From assembly GCA_963767005.1 (NCBI GenBank), contig CAVYCN010000004.1:509479-573478 (forward strand): DNA of 64,000 nucleotides, in the 5' to 3' direction. The stretch is from an uncultured Actinomycetes bacterium. Lineage in GTDB: Bacteria; Actinomycetota; Thermoleophilia; UBA2241. The notes below the pieces were generated by a model. It did not search any database. It saw only the letters and a program-made list of their open reading frames with translations, and had not been told where the DNA came from. How positions within the stretch are numbered: position 1 is the stretch's first letter; the number at the start of each line of letters is the position of its first letter. Shown piece after piece: positions 20,766-32,431 of this stretch. A program made the position numbers and the translations under genes.

Positions 20766-23747
20766 CTACTTGACCTTGAACGTGTGCCAGGTCGTCGTCG
20801 CGGCCGAGCGAGTAGCTGTCTTGGCGATCGAGACGCGCACTCGGTAGGTGCCTTTCCGAGCCGGCTTGTACGACCAGCTCAAGGTGCCGCTGGAACGGAC
20901 GGTGCAATGCACCGTCCTGGCAGCGACCCAATGGCGCACCAGGCGCTGCACCTGAACGGCGACCGCGCTGCCCGCAAGCGCGGTGGGCTTCGCCACAACC
21001 TCGACCCCGACGTGCCTGCCGAGTCGGAGGATGCCGTGCGAAAGGCCCGCTATCGTCAACGTCAGCTTGGGAGTGAGCAGGACGTAGCGATAGACGCCGG
21101 CGTCGATCATGCCGTTCGGTAGAGGTGCGGCTCGTAGGCCGGTGGCTGCCGCACCGCTGTTCGTGCCGGCCTGACCGCCATTGGTGGCCGCATACAGGAC
21201 GATGCGGCCGTCTGCGGTCTTGCCGTACGCCAAGCCGATGATCTGCAGGCTGCCGAAGGTCCCCGACGCCGCCGTCCAGGTCGACCCTGCGTCGGCGGAG
21301 TAGTAGAGGCCGGCGAAGCTCGCGGCGTAGAGGCGCGTCGAGTCTGAGTCGGCGAACATGTAGGCAGTGCTGCCACCCACCCTGTTGTCGGCGGTGTTTG
21401 CCTGCTGCCAGGTCGTCCCTTCGTCGAAGGAGCGGTAGACGTAGAAGTTGCCATCGACGCCGATCAGCACGTGCTGTGGGTGGGTGGCGATGGCGAGCGT
21501 GGAGATGTTCGCCATGCCCGGCAGATGCGGATCGTCGATGGCGGTCCAGGTCGAGCCGTGGTCGATGCTGCGGTAGACGCCGGTGCCGGGCGAGCCGCTG
21601 CCTGCACCGCCGGTGGCGAGATAGACCAGGCCGGCGGTCTCGGGATCGAAGCGGATGTCGGTGATGCGGGCCACGGCCTGGGGCAGGGTGACCGGCTGCC
21701 AGGAGACGCCGTAGTCATCGCTCGAGTAGAGGTAGCCCGGGCCGGTCAGATAGGGGCCCGTATCGAGGGCGGCCAGCAGATGACCCGCCTCGAAGGGGTC
21801 TGGGCGCAGGACCCAGAGCAATCCGGACGGCGGTGTCGGCGTGGCGTTGAAGCCCAGATCGTCCCAGGACGTGCCGCCATCGGTGCTTGTGAAGATGTCG
21901 CTGTGACTGGCCGCATAGATGCGGTTGGGATCGGTCGGATCGCAGCGCACCGAGTCCATCTCGGCGGCTCCCGAGCCCGGCGCCGCCACGTAGCTCCAAT
22001 CTGCGGCGGCGTCTGAGCTACGGTAGGCGCCCGACCAGTTGCCGAAGGTGGCGAAGAGTTCCAGAGGGTTGGCCGGCGAGACGTCCAGGGAACTGCAGGT
22101 CATGCCGCACAGGCCCTGGTCTGCGGGGCTCCAGTCGGCGCCGCCGTCGCTGCTTTTCTGCACGCCGTAGGTGCCGTCGGGCACGTAGGCCACCGTCGGG
22201 TCGGTCGGATCGGGAAAGACCGGCGCAGTGTTGGTCGTGTTGGGGCTGAATCGCTGCCAGGTCGTGCCCCCGTCGGTCGAGCGCTGATTGCCGATGTAGA
22301 CGGAGCCATCGCTCGTGAAGCTGAGGCCCGAGCCTCCCGAGCCGCCCTGGTTGGCGCTCAGATCCGTCCAGCCGTCGAGGGCGGCGTCGGTGCTCTTGAC
22401 CGCAGCGTTGGGATCGGTGGAGACGATCCAAACCTCGCCTGCGACGTAGGGGTTAAAGGCAAGGGCGTGCTGGAAGCCGATACTGCTCACGGGCAGCGTC
22501 CCCCCGGTCAAGCTCCAGTCGGCGCCGGCGTCGGTCGAGAGGTAGACCTTGGCGTCCTGAGTGACGGCCACCATGTTCGACGGGTCCTGAGGCTCGAAGG
22601 CGACGTCCTCGACGCTCTGGCCGGCAAGGTCAGACAAGATCGTCCAGGTGGCGCCGTCGTCGGTCGAGCGGATCAGTCCCTGGGCGTCGCTCGAGGAACC
22701 GCTCTCGAGCGGCTCATAGTAGGAGCTCAGAAACAGGATGTCGGGGTCGCTTGGCGAGGGATAGACCTGGCCCTGGTCTATGGCCTTGCCATCAGGCCAG
22801 GCGTTTGGCATCACGACACTCCAGGTGTCGCCCTCGTCGGTCGAGCGCAGCAGACCGTTGGCGCAGTAGGCGTAGAGCCAGTCGGGGTGCTCGGGCGTGA
22901 CGGCCAACTCGCCGTTGTTGAGGGTCAGGCTCGCACCGGTGTAGTTCCAGGTCGTGCCTGAGTCGCTGCTGCGAAACAGGCCGGTGAGTCCGTAGGCGGG
23001 GGCGTAGAGCGTGCTCGGATCGTCGGGCTTGATCAGGAGCTGGCGCACGTCGCCGCCCTTGAGCTGGCCGCCGTTCCAGTTGCCGATACCGGCTCCCACG
23101 GTGAAGGCGCCGGCCAGCGTCGAGCTGCCGCCGTCGGGGTTGGTCACGGTGAGCGGATAGACGGCGGGGTTCATGCCCCAGGGCACGGTGGCGGTCAGGG
23201 TGGTGGCATTCACGAGGGTGACGTTCGTCAGAGTACTGCTACCGAGCTTGGCCGTCGGCGGGAGCGTGCCGGTTGCGTCGGTGGCGAAGTTCGTGCCACT
23301 GATCGTCACGGTCGTGCTGATGTCGTTGTCAGCGCTTTGCGGGGTGACACTGGCTACGGTGGGAGGCAGGGTGACGGTGAAGGCGCCTGGCAGGGTGGCG
23401 GTACCGCCATCGGGGTTCGTGACAGTGAGATCGTAGAGCCCCGGGGCCATGCCCTGCGGAACGGTAGCGGTCAGGGTCGTCGAGCTCTGCACGACGACAG
23501 CCCCGAGCGGCGTTGTGCCGAGGGTGACCGTCGGCTGGACGGTGCCCGTCGTGGCGGTGGCAAAGCCACTGCCCGAGATGACGACGGCCGTGTCCCGATC
23601 GTTGGGGGCCATGATCGGCAGGATGGCGCTCACGGTGGACGTCGAGGTCCCGACTGGTGTGGCGATCGGCGACTGGGCGAGCGCCGGGACGGCCAAGGCG
23701 AGAGTCAGCAGGCAGGCCAAGGTGGCAAGGACCAGGGACCGCTTCAT
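20766..23747 (-). CDS. Secreted IPT/TIG-domain + BNR-repeat protein
   Basis: Signal peptide, two similar IPT/TIG repeats (ISGxxF..TLTATVP..TVTNPDGG..AFTV), many SxDxGxxW repeats. Confidence 0.85.
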   Translation of the reverse strand: MKRSLVLATLACLLTLALAVPALAQSPIATPVGTSTSTVSAILPIMAPNDRDTAVVISGSGFATATTGTVQPTVTLGTTPLGAVVVQSSTTLTATVPQGMAPGLYDLTVTNPDGGTATLPGAFTVTLPPTVASVTPQSADNDISTTVTISGTNFATDATGTLPPTAKLGSSTLTNVTLVNATTLTATVPWGMNPAVYPLTVTNPDGGSSTLAGAFTVGAGIGNWNGGQLKGGDVRQLLIKPDDPSTLYAPAYGLTGLFRSSDSGTTWNYTGASLTLNNGELAVTPEHPDWLYAYCANGLLRSTDEGDTWSVVMPNAWPDGKAIDQGQVYPSPSDPDILFLSSYYEPLESGSSSDAQGLIRSTDDGATWTILSDLAGQSVEDVAFEPQDPSNMVAVTQDAKVYLSTDAGADWSLTGGTLPVSSIGFQHALAFNPYVAGEVWIVSTDPNAAVKSTDAALDGWTDLSANQGGSGGSGLSFTSDGSVYIGNQRSTDGGTTWQRFSPNTTNTAPVFPDPTDPTVAYVPDGTYGVQKSSDGGADWSPADQGLCGMTCSSLDVSPANPLELFATFGNWSGAYRSSDAAADWSYVAAPGSGAAEMDSVRCDPTDPNRIYAASHSDIFTSTDGGTSWDDLGFNATPTPPSGLLWVLRPDPFEAGHLLAALDTGPYLTGPGYLYSSDDYGVSWQPVTLPQAVARITDIRFDPETAGLVYLATGGAGSGSPGTGVYRSIDHGSTWTAIDDPHLPGMANISTLAIATHPQHVLIGVDGNFYVYRSFDEGTTWQQANTADNRVGGSTAYMFADSDSTRLYAASFAGLYYSADAGSTWTAASGTFGSLQIIGLAYGKTADGRIVLYAATNGGQAGTNSGAAATGLRAAPLPNGMIDAGVYRYVLLTPKLTLTIAGLSHGILRLGRHVGVEVVAKPTALAGSAVAVQVQRLVRHWVAARTVHCTVRSSGTLSWSYKPARKGTYRVRVSIAKTATRSAATTTWHTFKVK

Positions 23748-24029
23748 GAGACACGCACCCTTCGCGACAATCTGCGCCCCGTCGCCCCCCGGCGGCGCGG
23801 TGGACCCCTGGCAGAGGTCATACGGAAGTATACGCGCGGTGAGTGAGGCCGACGGCGGCAAGCGCGGGAAGTGCTGCCCCGCGAGGCGACACCAGCTGGC
23901 ACTGTGATCTCGACAATCAAGGTTGGCCGGGGTGCCTCGGCAAACCGGCAGTACAGGTCTGCCGTGCGGCCCGAGAACCTCCTGCACAAGGACGTTCCCG
24001 CCGACGGTGCGCCGGCGCTCCGGCGGGGC

Positions 24030-24125
24030 CTTTCTCACCTGCCGCGGCGCCCTCGAGTGCCGGGAAAGCAGGGTGGCCGTGTTCCAGTTCTTCCGCGGGC
24101 TGCCGTTGATCGCGATGATCGTCAT
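24030..24125 (-). pseudogene. N-terminal remnant of a flavodoxin/FMN reductase-family gene
   Basis: [20 protein letters not shown] then frameshift to ALEGAAA; AGGAAG RBS. Confidence 0.65.
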
Positions 24126-24218
24126 CTCTTCCTACCTGCCCTTGCGGGTCGTGAAGGTCCGCCAGACAGTCTATGCGCCAGACCTGCTGCAACGCAGGGC
24201 GTGGGATGCCCGTGCGAC

Positions 24219-25244
24219 GATGCTGCCCACGCCCCGCTACCTCGAGGTCGACCGCCTCGACGAGGTCCAGAGCGAACTTCAGTTACCTCCAGAGGCGCTC
24301 GAAGAGTTTCTCGCCTGTCTTGTCGAGTGCGACATCGAGCTTGTCGGTGCCGAGGAAGCTGCCGCCTTTGAGCCCGGCGACAGGGCGGACGAGGCGCCGC
24401 AACACGACCTCGCCCTGGGCACGCCGGCAAGCGACCTCGTGCGCTCCTACCTGCGTGAGATCGGCCGCGTGGCGCTGCTCACAGGCGAGCAGGAGGTCTC
24501 ACCGGCCCGGCGCATCGAGCGTCGCGACATGGCGGCCAAGCGCCAGCTCGTCGAGGCCAACCTGCGTCTCGCGGTGGCCATCGCCAAGCGCCACAGCGGT
24601 CGCGGCTTGGCTCTGCTCGACTCGATCCAGGAGGGCAACCTTGGCCTCATCCGCGCGGTCGAGAAGTTCGACTACCGCAAGGGCAACAGGTTCTCGACCT
24701 ACGCCACCTGGTGGATTCGCCGGGCGATCAGCCGGGCGACCGCCGACCAGGGCCGCACCATCCGCCTTCCGGTCCACATCTCCGACCAGCTCAGCAGCCT
24801 CTGGCGCACGCAGCGCTACCTGAGCCCGGAGCTCGGTCGTGAACCGAGCCCCGAGGAGATCGCCGCCGAGATGGGCACGACGACGCAGAACGTTCAGCAG
24901 GTGCTCGGGCTTGGCAAGGAACCAGTCAGCCTCGAGACGCCGCTCGGCGAGGCGGAAGACTCACGGCTCGGCGAGTTCATTTCGACGGGCAGGCCGCCGA
25001 GCCGCTCGAGGCGGTCAGCCAGGCGGTGACCAGAGAGGCTTTGGCCGAGGTCCTGGACGGCCTCACCGGCCGCGAGCGCGAGATCATTCGCTGCGCTTCC
25101 GTCTGGGGGCGACCGTCCACTCACCTTAGAAGAGGTCGGCCAGCGCTTCGGTGTCACCCGCGCGCGCATCCGCCAGATCGAGCAGAAGACCCTGGCCAAG
25201 CTGCGCTGCTACCGGCGCTGCCGCGCGCTGCAGGAGTCGCCTGA
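24219..25244 (+). pseudogene. Frameshifted RpoD/SigA-like sigma-70 factor
   Basis: [40 protein letters not shown]; frameshifts near 24980 and 25100; ends [14 protein letters not shown]. Confidence 0.85.
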
Positions 25245-25518
25245 CTGACCGGGCGCCGGGTCTTCGGTCTCGGTTCCGTGCCCCTGAGCCTCTCCTCGCC
25301 GGGCAGTGGCGCATCGAGCTCGACGGCCTGCATCGGTTAAGCGACTATGTACGGCTCACGCGCCGCTGCACATGGTCTCTTGCCGACCGACAGCCGACGC
25401 CGGACATGGCGACCGGCGTCTGCGGCCTCAACCTGATCTCCACGCATGCTGAGCGCGCGACTCGCGGGCTTCTCCGCTAGGATGGTCCTGTCACGTCGCT
25501 AGGAGGCGAGGTCGAGTC

Positions 25519-26751
25519 ATGGGCCTCCGAATCAGCCTGCAGGGCCGCTCGGCGGCCTTCCCGCGACCCTTCTGGCTGCTCATCGCCGGCACCTTCATCT
25601 ACTTGGTCGGCTACGACGTCGGCTACCCCTACGAGACCATCTACCTGCACCACACGCTCGGTCTTTCACTGACCACGATCGGCCTCATGCTCGGCCTGCC
25701 GCTCTACGCAGGCCTGCCCATGATGGTCGTCGGCGGGGCGCTCGCCGACCGTTACGGCCGCCTGCCGGTGCTGCGCCTCGGCATCTGCGCAAGCGCCACG
25801 CTGTTTGCCGGTCTTGCCCTGGTCGGCCAGCTCTGGCAGGTCGTGGCACTGATCGCTTTCGAGGCCGCCTGTGGCTGGACCATGTTTCAGACGGCCAACA
25901 GCGCCATGGTCGCCGATCTCACCCCACCGCAGCAGCGCGCCCGGGCCTACTCCGTGAGTCGCGTCGCGGTGAGCTGTGGCATGGTCCTCGGGCCTCTGGG
26001 CGGTAGCCTCCTGTTGCGCCTCGGTATCGGCTTTCGCACGCTGTTTGCCTGCGGCTCGGCCCTCTGTATGGTCTTTCTTCTCTTCAGCCTGCTTGCGTTC
26101 ACCGAGTCGAAGCCTGCCCCGATCGCTGGCGCTGCGACCGGGTCAGCCTGGGCCGGCTATCGCCTTGTGCTCGCCGACCGGCGCTTCCTCTCGCTCTGCG
26201 CCGTCACGGCGCTGCCGCTCTACGGCTTCGGCCAGCTCTGGGTGACCTTCCCGATCGCCCTCCACGAGCGCCTCGGCATCTCGGCCGCAAGCTGGGGGCT
26301 CTTGATCACCATCTATGCGCTCGCCATCGTGGTCTTGCAGTATCCGCTCGTGCGACGCCTCGAGCGCTACGACAAGACGATCCTGATGGCCGCCGGTAGC
26401 GCCTGCGTGGGGCTCGGCATGGGCGGTGCCACCCTGCTTATGCGCAGCTGGCCGATCGTGTGTTTCATGCTGCTCTGCAGCCTCGGCGTCATTCTGCTCA
26501 TCCCGATCTCGGCGACGGTGGTCTCGGAGATGGCCCCGGTCTCTCTGCGCGGCCGCTACATGGGCGCCTGGACGCTGGCCTGGACGGCCGGCACAGCCCT
26601 CGGCCCGACAGTCGGTGGTCCCGTCATGGATCTGCTCGGTGTGCGCGGCGCCTACCTACTCGTGCTGGCCTGCGGCCTTGCCGGCAGTGGCCTGTTCCTT
26701 GTGCGGGGTCGCCGGCTGGCGGCGACGGCGGTGACGCGTCTCTCAGGCTGA
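25519..26751 (+). CDS. MFS transporter
   Basis: GALADRYGR motif A, 12 TM segments; AGGAGG upstream. Confidence 0.9.
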   Translation: MGLRISLQGRSAAFPRPFWLLIAGTFIYLVGYDVGYPYETIYLHHTLGLSLTTIGLMLGLPLYAGLPMMVVGGALADRYGRLPVLRLGICASATLFAGLALVGQLWQVVALIAFEAACGWTMFQTANSAMVADLTPPQQRARAYSVSRVAVSCGMVLGPLGGSLLLRLGIGFRTLFACGSALCMVFLLFSLLAFTESKPAPIAGAATGSAWAGYRLVLADRRFLSLCAVTALPLYGFGQLWVTFPIALHERLGISAASWGLLITIYALAIVVLQYPLVRRLERYDKTILMAAGSACVGLGMGGATLLMRSWPIVCFMLLCSLGVILLIPISATVVSEMAPVSLRGRYMGAWTLAWTAGTALGPTVGGPVMDLLGVRGAYLLVLACGLAGSGLFLVRGRRLAATAVTRLSG

Positions 26752-27152
26752 GACGTCTCGAGTCAGATCACGCGCCCCGCTCGCGACACCGCGGGCGTGC
26801 ATGACTGTCGGACCGGTGCTGCCCGAAGACGACCTGCACGTCACGGTACCGCCGCCCAGATGGCGACAGGAGTGCTCGCTACCCAGGTACGGAGACGGTG
26901 AGGCGGCGAATCGCTTCGGGCACCCTGCCTTCGTCGGGAGCACCGCCCACCGGATGCTCTGACCGTGGCCTCTTGGCTGACCTGCCGCAAGTCGCCCAGC
27001 GGGGCGGGGATACTTGCTCGTGGTAGGCTGGCGTGGTTCGCCATGGGCCCGCTCATGACCCCTTCGGCGCAGTGCATGGTGCGGCCGCAGACGATGCTCG
27101 TGCGGAGAAAGGCGGGCCCGCAGCACCACCGTCTGCGCGCCAGTGACGCGAG

Positions 27153-27572
27153 GTGACGACGTCGGTGGACATCGTCGAGCTGCTGAGTCGCGGGTACCGC
27201 GCACTCGGTCTTGGCGCCAACGCCGACGTGCTGCGCGTCTTCGACCAGCGCATCGAAGGCGACAGCGTGCGCTGGGTGGTGGTCGACTACGTCTCCGGCG
27301 GTCGCGAGACGGCCACGCGCGAGGTCGTCGCTCACGACCTGCTGGGCAGCATCCCCTCACACTGGGAGACCATCGGCGTGGACACGCAGGCGTGGCACCG
27401 TGAGGGCGACACGATTGTCGTGACCGGGCACATCCACGTGCGGCCGAAGGGCGGCTGGGACGTGGAGTCGTTGCCGTTTGCCCACATCTGGAAGGTTTCC
27501 GGGGACAAGGTCGTGAGCGTGCGCAGCTACCTCGATGGCATCGAAGTGCGGCGGCCGCGACCACGGCGCTGA
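27153..27572 (+). CDS. NTF2/SnoaL-like protein
   Basis: GDTIVVTG...FAHIWKVSGDKVVSVRSYLD. Confidence 0.75.
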   Translation: MTTSVDIVELLSRGYRALGLGANADVLRVFDQRIEGDSVRWVVVDYVSGGRETATREVVAHDLLGSIPSHWETIGVDTQAWHREGDTIVVTGHIHVRPKGGWDVESLPFAHIWKVSGDKVVSVRSYLDGIEVRRPRPRR

Positions 27573-28425
27573 GCGCAGCGAGGGCACCACGGTATCCGTG
27601 GATGACGAGGGGGCTTCTGCGGCATGGTCTGCCTCCTTCATCGGTCCGAATCCATACTTCAACTTGGATCGATGTCGGGGGGTATCGTCTCGAGGAGGTC
27701 ATCGCCAAGCGGTGCCAGGCTGGGAGCACTGGACTACGGGAACGAGGTCAGGTTCTCGAGCATACAGATCGACCTCACCGATACGCTTGCTGATCACCCT
27801 GCGGGCTCGAGTCGACCCGACCATGTGTGCCTTCGTAGGCTACCCGCCGGCGATCGGCGAGCAGTAGCGCGGTCGTTTGCGGCGCTGTTCTTGCCAGTCA
27901 GGTTCCCCATGCACATCAGCGCCCGCGCTTTCTCAGAACTTCCTGCATAGCGCATCTCTTGCCGACCGTCGGCCGAGGTGACGCGACGCCGATCTTCGCT
28001 GCCACGTCCGATACAAGGTGGTTGCTATCCGCAGCTAGGGCCTGTTGCCGAGGCTACTGTGCAGGCTGCTGAACACTCGCGGGCACATCACACGTCAACA
28101 TGTGCCGCCTCCTCTTCTGGCTGCAGGCGAGCGCCTTGACCGGCGCAAAGCCGACACCGGCGACGCACCGAGTAGCTGCACTGCTTGGCCGCCGGCGGGA
28201 CGCCGATCGCCGACAGTCGCCCGGCCGCGGGGTCCCTGAGCCCTGAACGCGGGTGGTCGGTCCGCGCGAGACACGAAGACGGCCGGGGCCTGCCCATCGT
28301 CTCGGCCGGGTAGACTGCCATGGGTAGTTGCAGGTCGGAGAGGCTTCTTGCCTCCTCTTCTTCCACCCCGCAGCCGCGCGCGTCGCGGCAATGGAGCCAA
28401 TCGGCTCGATGGCAAGTGGAAGAAG

Positions 28426-28845
28426 ATGGCCTCAGTGCGGGAAGCGGTCTTGTGGCTCAGCGTGCCTGCCGATGCCTCGATGCTCTCAAGCCACGTGGAA
28501 CGCGCGCGGGCCTTTCTGCTTGCCCACAAGCTGGACGACGACACGGTTCGCGACATCCACCTCTGCCTCTATGAGTGCTGCAGTAACGCCATCAGACACA
28601 GCGGCAGCCTCGCCGACATCGTCGTACGTCTGAGCGTGGCCGATGACCGGGTCGCCGTGCTGGTCAGCGACAGCGGTTGCGGTATCGACCTTAGACGCTG
28701 CGATCCGGGCCGCTTCCCTGACCCGCAGAGCACCTGTGGGCGCGGACTCTATCTTGTAGCCCGACTCATGGACGAGTTGGCCATCAGCGTCGATGGCGGA
28801 ACCGAGATTTCGATGACAAGACTGGTGGCCACCCAGAGGGCCTAG
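28426..28845 (+). CDS. RsbW-like anti-sigma/HATPase protein
   Basis: ECCSNAIRH N-box, VSDSGCG, GRGLYLVARLMD, GGT. Confidence 0.8.
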   Translation: MASVREAVLWLSVPADASMLSSHVERARAFLLAHKLDDDTVRDIHLCLYECCSNAIRHSGSLADIVVRLSVADDRVAVLVSDSGCGIDLRRCDPGRFPDPQSTCGRGLYLVARLMDELAISVDGGTEISMTRLVATQRA

Positions 28846-29259
28846 CGGCCCCCGCCTAAGACAGAGCGGAGCCAGGTCCTTTGGGCCGCAGGGCGCCGGG
28901 TGCACTCCGAGTGTTGGCTGGGGCCGACTGGGCATTGGCGCCTCTCGAATCTGCCGCGGCCTCCACGGTCGACGGGACTGACCGTCGGCAGGTCTGCGAG
29001 ACGGCGCCGCCCGCAACGGTATGGCGCCATCGGGCGCCGGGTAACCAGCTCAAGAATCCGTCCTCCCGGACCACCCTGACAGGCCCAAAACCAGCATATG
29101 CGTCGGGCCTGGCGATCGGGCCGTCAGCTTGCTTTGCTGGCGGCCCGGTCTATGCACAGGGCTCCGCCACCGGCCGACGCCGACGGGCGCTCCAAGCAGG
29201 TGCGCCGCGCCCCTTGTGCCGGTGGGCGCTCCAGACAGACGCGCGTCAAGGGGGACAGC

Positions 29260-30503
29260 ATGCGCGGACACATCGGCAGGCGGGGCGAGCACAGCTACGA
29301 GTACATCGTCGATGTCGGCATGGCCTCAGCTCAACGCTGCCAGGCCTGCGGCCGGCGCTTCTGGGTGGAGCGCAAGCTCCGGGAGTCCTGCCCGAAGTGC
29401 GGTGGCAAGCTGCTCGAGACCGAGGAGCGTCGCCGCGCGATCAAGGGCGGATTTGCCACGCGCCGCGAGTGCGAAGCGGCCCTGGCCAAGTGCTGGCCGC
29501 CGTAGAGACGCAGAGCTTCACAGCGCCCACCAAGGTCGCGGTCAAGCAGTTCCTTCTTGCGGAGTGGCTACCGACGGTCAAGGGCAGCCTGCGACCGACG
29601 ACCTACTCTTCCTACGTGATGCTCACCCGCGAGCACATCCTGCCGCGTCTGGGCGCCCTGCAGCTGCAGAAGCTCACGCCCGGGGCGATCAACGCGCTCT
29701 ACGCCGATCTTCTGGAGAGGGGCCGGGTTCAGGGCAAGGGCGGCCTCTCGGCCTCCTCGGTACGCCGCGTGCACGGCGTGTTGCACAAGGCCTGTCGCGA
29801 CGCCGTGCGCTGGGGCAGGCTCTCGTCTAACCCGGTGGCCTGCGCCGATCCGCCCAGGCAAAGCACCCCGCACCGCGACAGGCTGCGCGTCTGGAACGCC
29901 GAGCAGCTCAGTGCCCTCCTCGCCCACGTTGCCGACGACCGCCTCTTCGCCCTCTGGGGGCTGCTGGCCATGACCGGCATGCGCAGGGGAGAGGCCCTCG
30001 GCCTTTCCTGGGAGGACCTCGATATGGAAGCGGGAGCCGTCGCCATCCGCCGCGCCTGGATCCCGGTGGACGGCGTGGCTCAGTTCTCGGAGCCCAAGAG
30101 CAGGCGCAGCCGGCGCACGATCGCACTGGATCCCGTGACCTTGGAGGCCATGAAGACCCACGCTGCCCGTCAGGCCGACGAGCAGTCTGGTTGGCAGGTG
30201 GGCCTGGCGGAGGCTGGCTTGGTCTTCACCCGGCCCGACGGTCGCCCCCTGGTGCCCTGGGTGGTGAGCAAGGCCTTTGGCGATCACGGCCGCGCGGCCC
30301 TGCTGCCGCGCATCCCGCTCCATGGCCTGCGCCACACCTACGCCGCCCCGGCCTTGGCCAGCGGGGTCAACCCGCGGATCGTCTCGGCGTGCCTGGGCCA
30401 TGCCACCGTGGCCCTCACCCTAAATGTCTGCTCGCACGTCTTACCGCAGGCCGACCGCGAGGCGGCCGAGAAGATCGCGGCGCTGCTGTCTGACTCGGTC
30501 TAG
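29260..30503 (+). pseudogene. Tyrosine integrase, inactivated
   Basis: Arm-like N-terminus MRGHIGRRG, frameshift near 29490, TGMRRGE, HGLRHT, LGH; catalytic Tyr position reads Cys (LNVCSHV). Confidence 0.85.
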
Positions 30504-30925
30504 TCCGCGGCTCGGCGCCCCTTTCATCGCAGAGAGTGAGCAGATACCTCGGTCTCCATGGAGCAGGCGCGGACAGCGGTCACAGGCGGGGCAGACAGCC
30601 ATTACGCGCGCCCGGCGTCCTCTCGGCCGTCCGTCGGCGAAGGACCTCGGCGAAGCCGCGGCGCTCAGCTCGTGGGCTTCGGTTGCACCCCAGACGAAAG
30701 CCCCGCATCGCACCCGATTCGCCCCGAAACGCGACCGATCGGCGTCACTTGGCGTCCAAGAGGGCCGTTATGCTTCAACAAATCGCCCCTTCTGCGCCCC
30801 TTCGGCGAGGCACAAGCCCTGCGTAGTGACCACTTCCGCAGCCGCCAGCAGGGTCGATTTCTTGCAGCACATTGCAGCATAGCCGTCGGTATCGCGTCGG
30901 CAGGCCAGCGTCTGAGCTTCGCGGA

Positions 30926-31004
30926 AGCAGCAAGAAGCGCTGCGTAGAGGCACTTTCTGGTGGGCCGCCTGGGACTCGAACCCAGGACTCCCTGATTAGA
31001 AGTG
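30926..31004 (-). repeat. att-like repeat copy 1 containing the 3' half of a tRNA (probably Lys)
   Basis: Minus strand CTTCTAATCAGGGAGTCCTGGGTTCGAGTCCCAGGCGGCCCACCA: T-arm and CCA present, no 5' half; about 79 bp shared with 34124-34202. Confidence 0.85.
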
Positions 31005-31347
31005 CGGATCACCAAGCCTGCTAGCAAACTCGTTTGTTAGAGGATGTTAGCCGGTTCGTTTGCCTCTCCGACCAACGATAGTAACTCTTTGCAGGTCTTT
31101 TGCCTCGCGAAAAGGCGAAAAGGACAGCAAATCGGTCAATGAAACGGGGGGTAGGGAGCGCCACGGGCGCGACGGTGCGTCGTTCGGGTGTTGTCGGCGA
31201 ACATGTCGGCACGTGACTCGCGGATGCGCGCCATGACTGGGACCTGGCTCAAATCAAGGATCTGAGTCGTCCTCGCGCGCGTCCGTGCGGTCCCTGGGCC
31301 GATCAGTGGAAGCGTCTCCTCTGCAGTATGTCGCCAGACGCCCGGTC

Positions 31348-32037
31348 TCAGGCTGCGCTCTCCTCGCACATTGGGCTGCCGGCCCCGTGGGCTGCCAAGG
31401 TTGCGAGCTCTGCCTGCGTCAGGTCCAGACGCAGCTTGCTGCCCGCCCAGTCGATCGCGCTGACGTGTCCGACCCCGACAGCGACATCGCCTCTAGCGCC
31501 TGCGACCACAAGGCATCCGATCTGCCACGTCTCGTCGTCGAGCACGAAGTCGCGCAGCACTCCGAGGCTCTCGTTTGAACCCTCGACCGGGTAGCCGCTC
31601 ATGATGGCGATGCTGCGCAGGTGGGGGTCGCTGCTCTGGCCGGTACGGGTGCGCGGTGCAAGGACGCAGGCTTGTTCGGCAGAGGTCGCCGAAGCCTCCG
31701 TGGTCCTGGGCTCGCTCAGGTAGTAGCGCCAGCCCACTGTGTCGTAGTGGAGTTGCTGCTGCTGCACGGCGATTGGCGGATCGTACTCGATATCGGGAGC
31801 CGCCGAGACCTCCCACAGCTCAAGCGAGAACTCGACCCTCTGACGGTCCCGGTTCAGTCGCCGCACGGCCTGCGGCGAGACGAGGGCGTGACGCACACGC
31901 GACAGCGACAGAGTCTCGACGATCAGATGCCGCACGCGCCAGGTGCGGTCATCGACAAGCAGGTCGCGCACGACCCCCGCCGGTCCGCCGCGGGCCACCA
32001 CTTTCCAACCGATGATCTCTCTCGCGCTCCTCAGCAT
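31348..32037 (-). CDS. Tandem PRC-barrel domain protein
   Basis: Two repeats [18 protein letters not shown] and [24 protein letters not shown]; AAGGAG RBS. Confidence 0.85.
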   Translation of the reverse strand: MLRSAREIIGWKVVARGGPAGVVRDLLVDDRTWRVRHLIVETLSLSRVRHALVSPQAVRRLNRDRQRVEFSLELWEVSAAPDIEYDPPIAVQQQQLHYDTVGWRYYLSEPRTTEASATSAEQACVLAPRTRTGQSSDPHLRSIAIMSGYPVEGSNESLGVLRDFVLDDETWQIGCLVVAGARGDVAVGVGHVSAIDWAGSKLRLDLTQAELATLAAHGAGSPMCEESAA

Positions 32038-32272
32038 GGCGATCTCCTTGCTTCAGTCGATGCTGTTGTCCCCAGCCTTTGGACTCCGAAGATCATCGCT
32101 GACTGCAGCCGGTCTGCCCCATTCGTCTTGCCCACCACCGAAACGCCATCGACTTGCCGGTCGAGACGATGCCCTGCCGAGCTGGCAGGAGCCGTGGTTC
32201 CACGTCAGGATGGGAACAAGAGGACAAGAGACGAATGACGAGGGGTGTCCCTTTGCGCACAGGGTCGTGTTC

Positions 32273-32431
32273 ATGAAGTGGAGATGCACGGTCTGTCCGT
32301 ACATCTACGATTCCAAGTTCGGCGATCCGGAGCAGGGGATCGCCCCAGGAACGACCTTTGAGGAGCTGCCCGACGCCTGGCTCTGCCCGGACTGTGTGGT
32401 CGGCAAGGAGTTCTTCGAGCCACTCGACTGA
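32273..32431 (+). CDS. Rubredoxin
   Basis: [31 protein letters not shown]. Confidence 0.9.
   Translation: MKWRCTVCPYIYDSKFGDPEQGIAPGTTFEELPDAWLCPDCVVGKEFFEPLD

Noticed and set aside
14987-23747. Repetitive DNA as a CRISPR array or tandem repeat
   Set aside because: The repeats are protein-level Asp-box and TIG repeats; no constant repeat-spacer array was seen in the window.
20766-24125. 1119-aa flavodoxin-TIG fusion as given in the ORF track
   Set aside because: The signal peptide and RBS indicate a start at 23747; the upstream part is a chance in-frame remnant.
27573-28420. Possible genes or ncRNA in this stretch and in 26752-27150
   Set aside because: Only short broken frames with no recognisable family or RNA motif; probably decayed sequence.
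30958-31004. Functional tRNA (Arg-UCU, or tRNA-Pyl because of the TCTAA)
   Set aside because: No D-arm or 5' acceptor strand. It has a canonical TTCGA T-loop unlike tRNA-Pyl, and the second copy differs in the loop.
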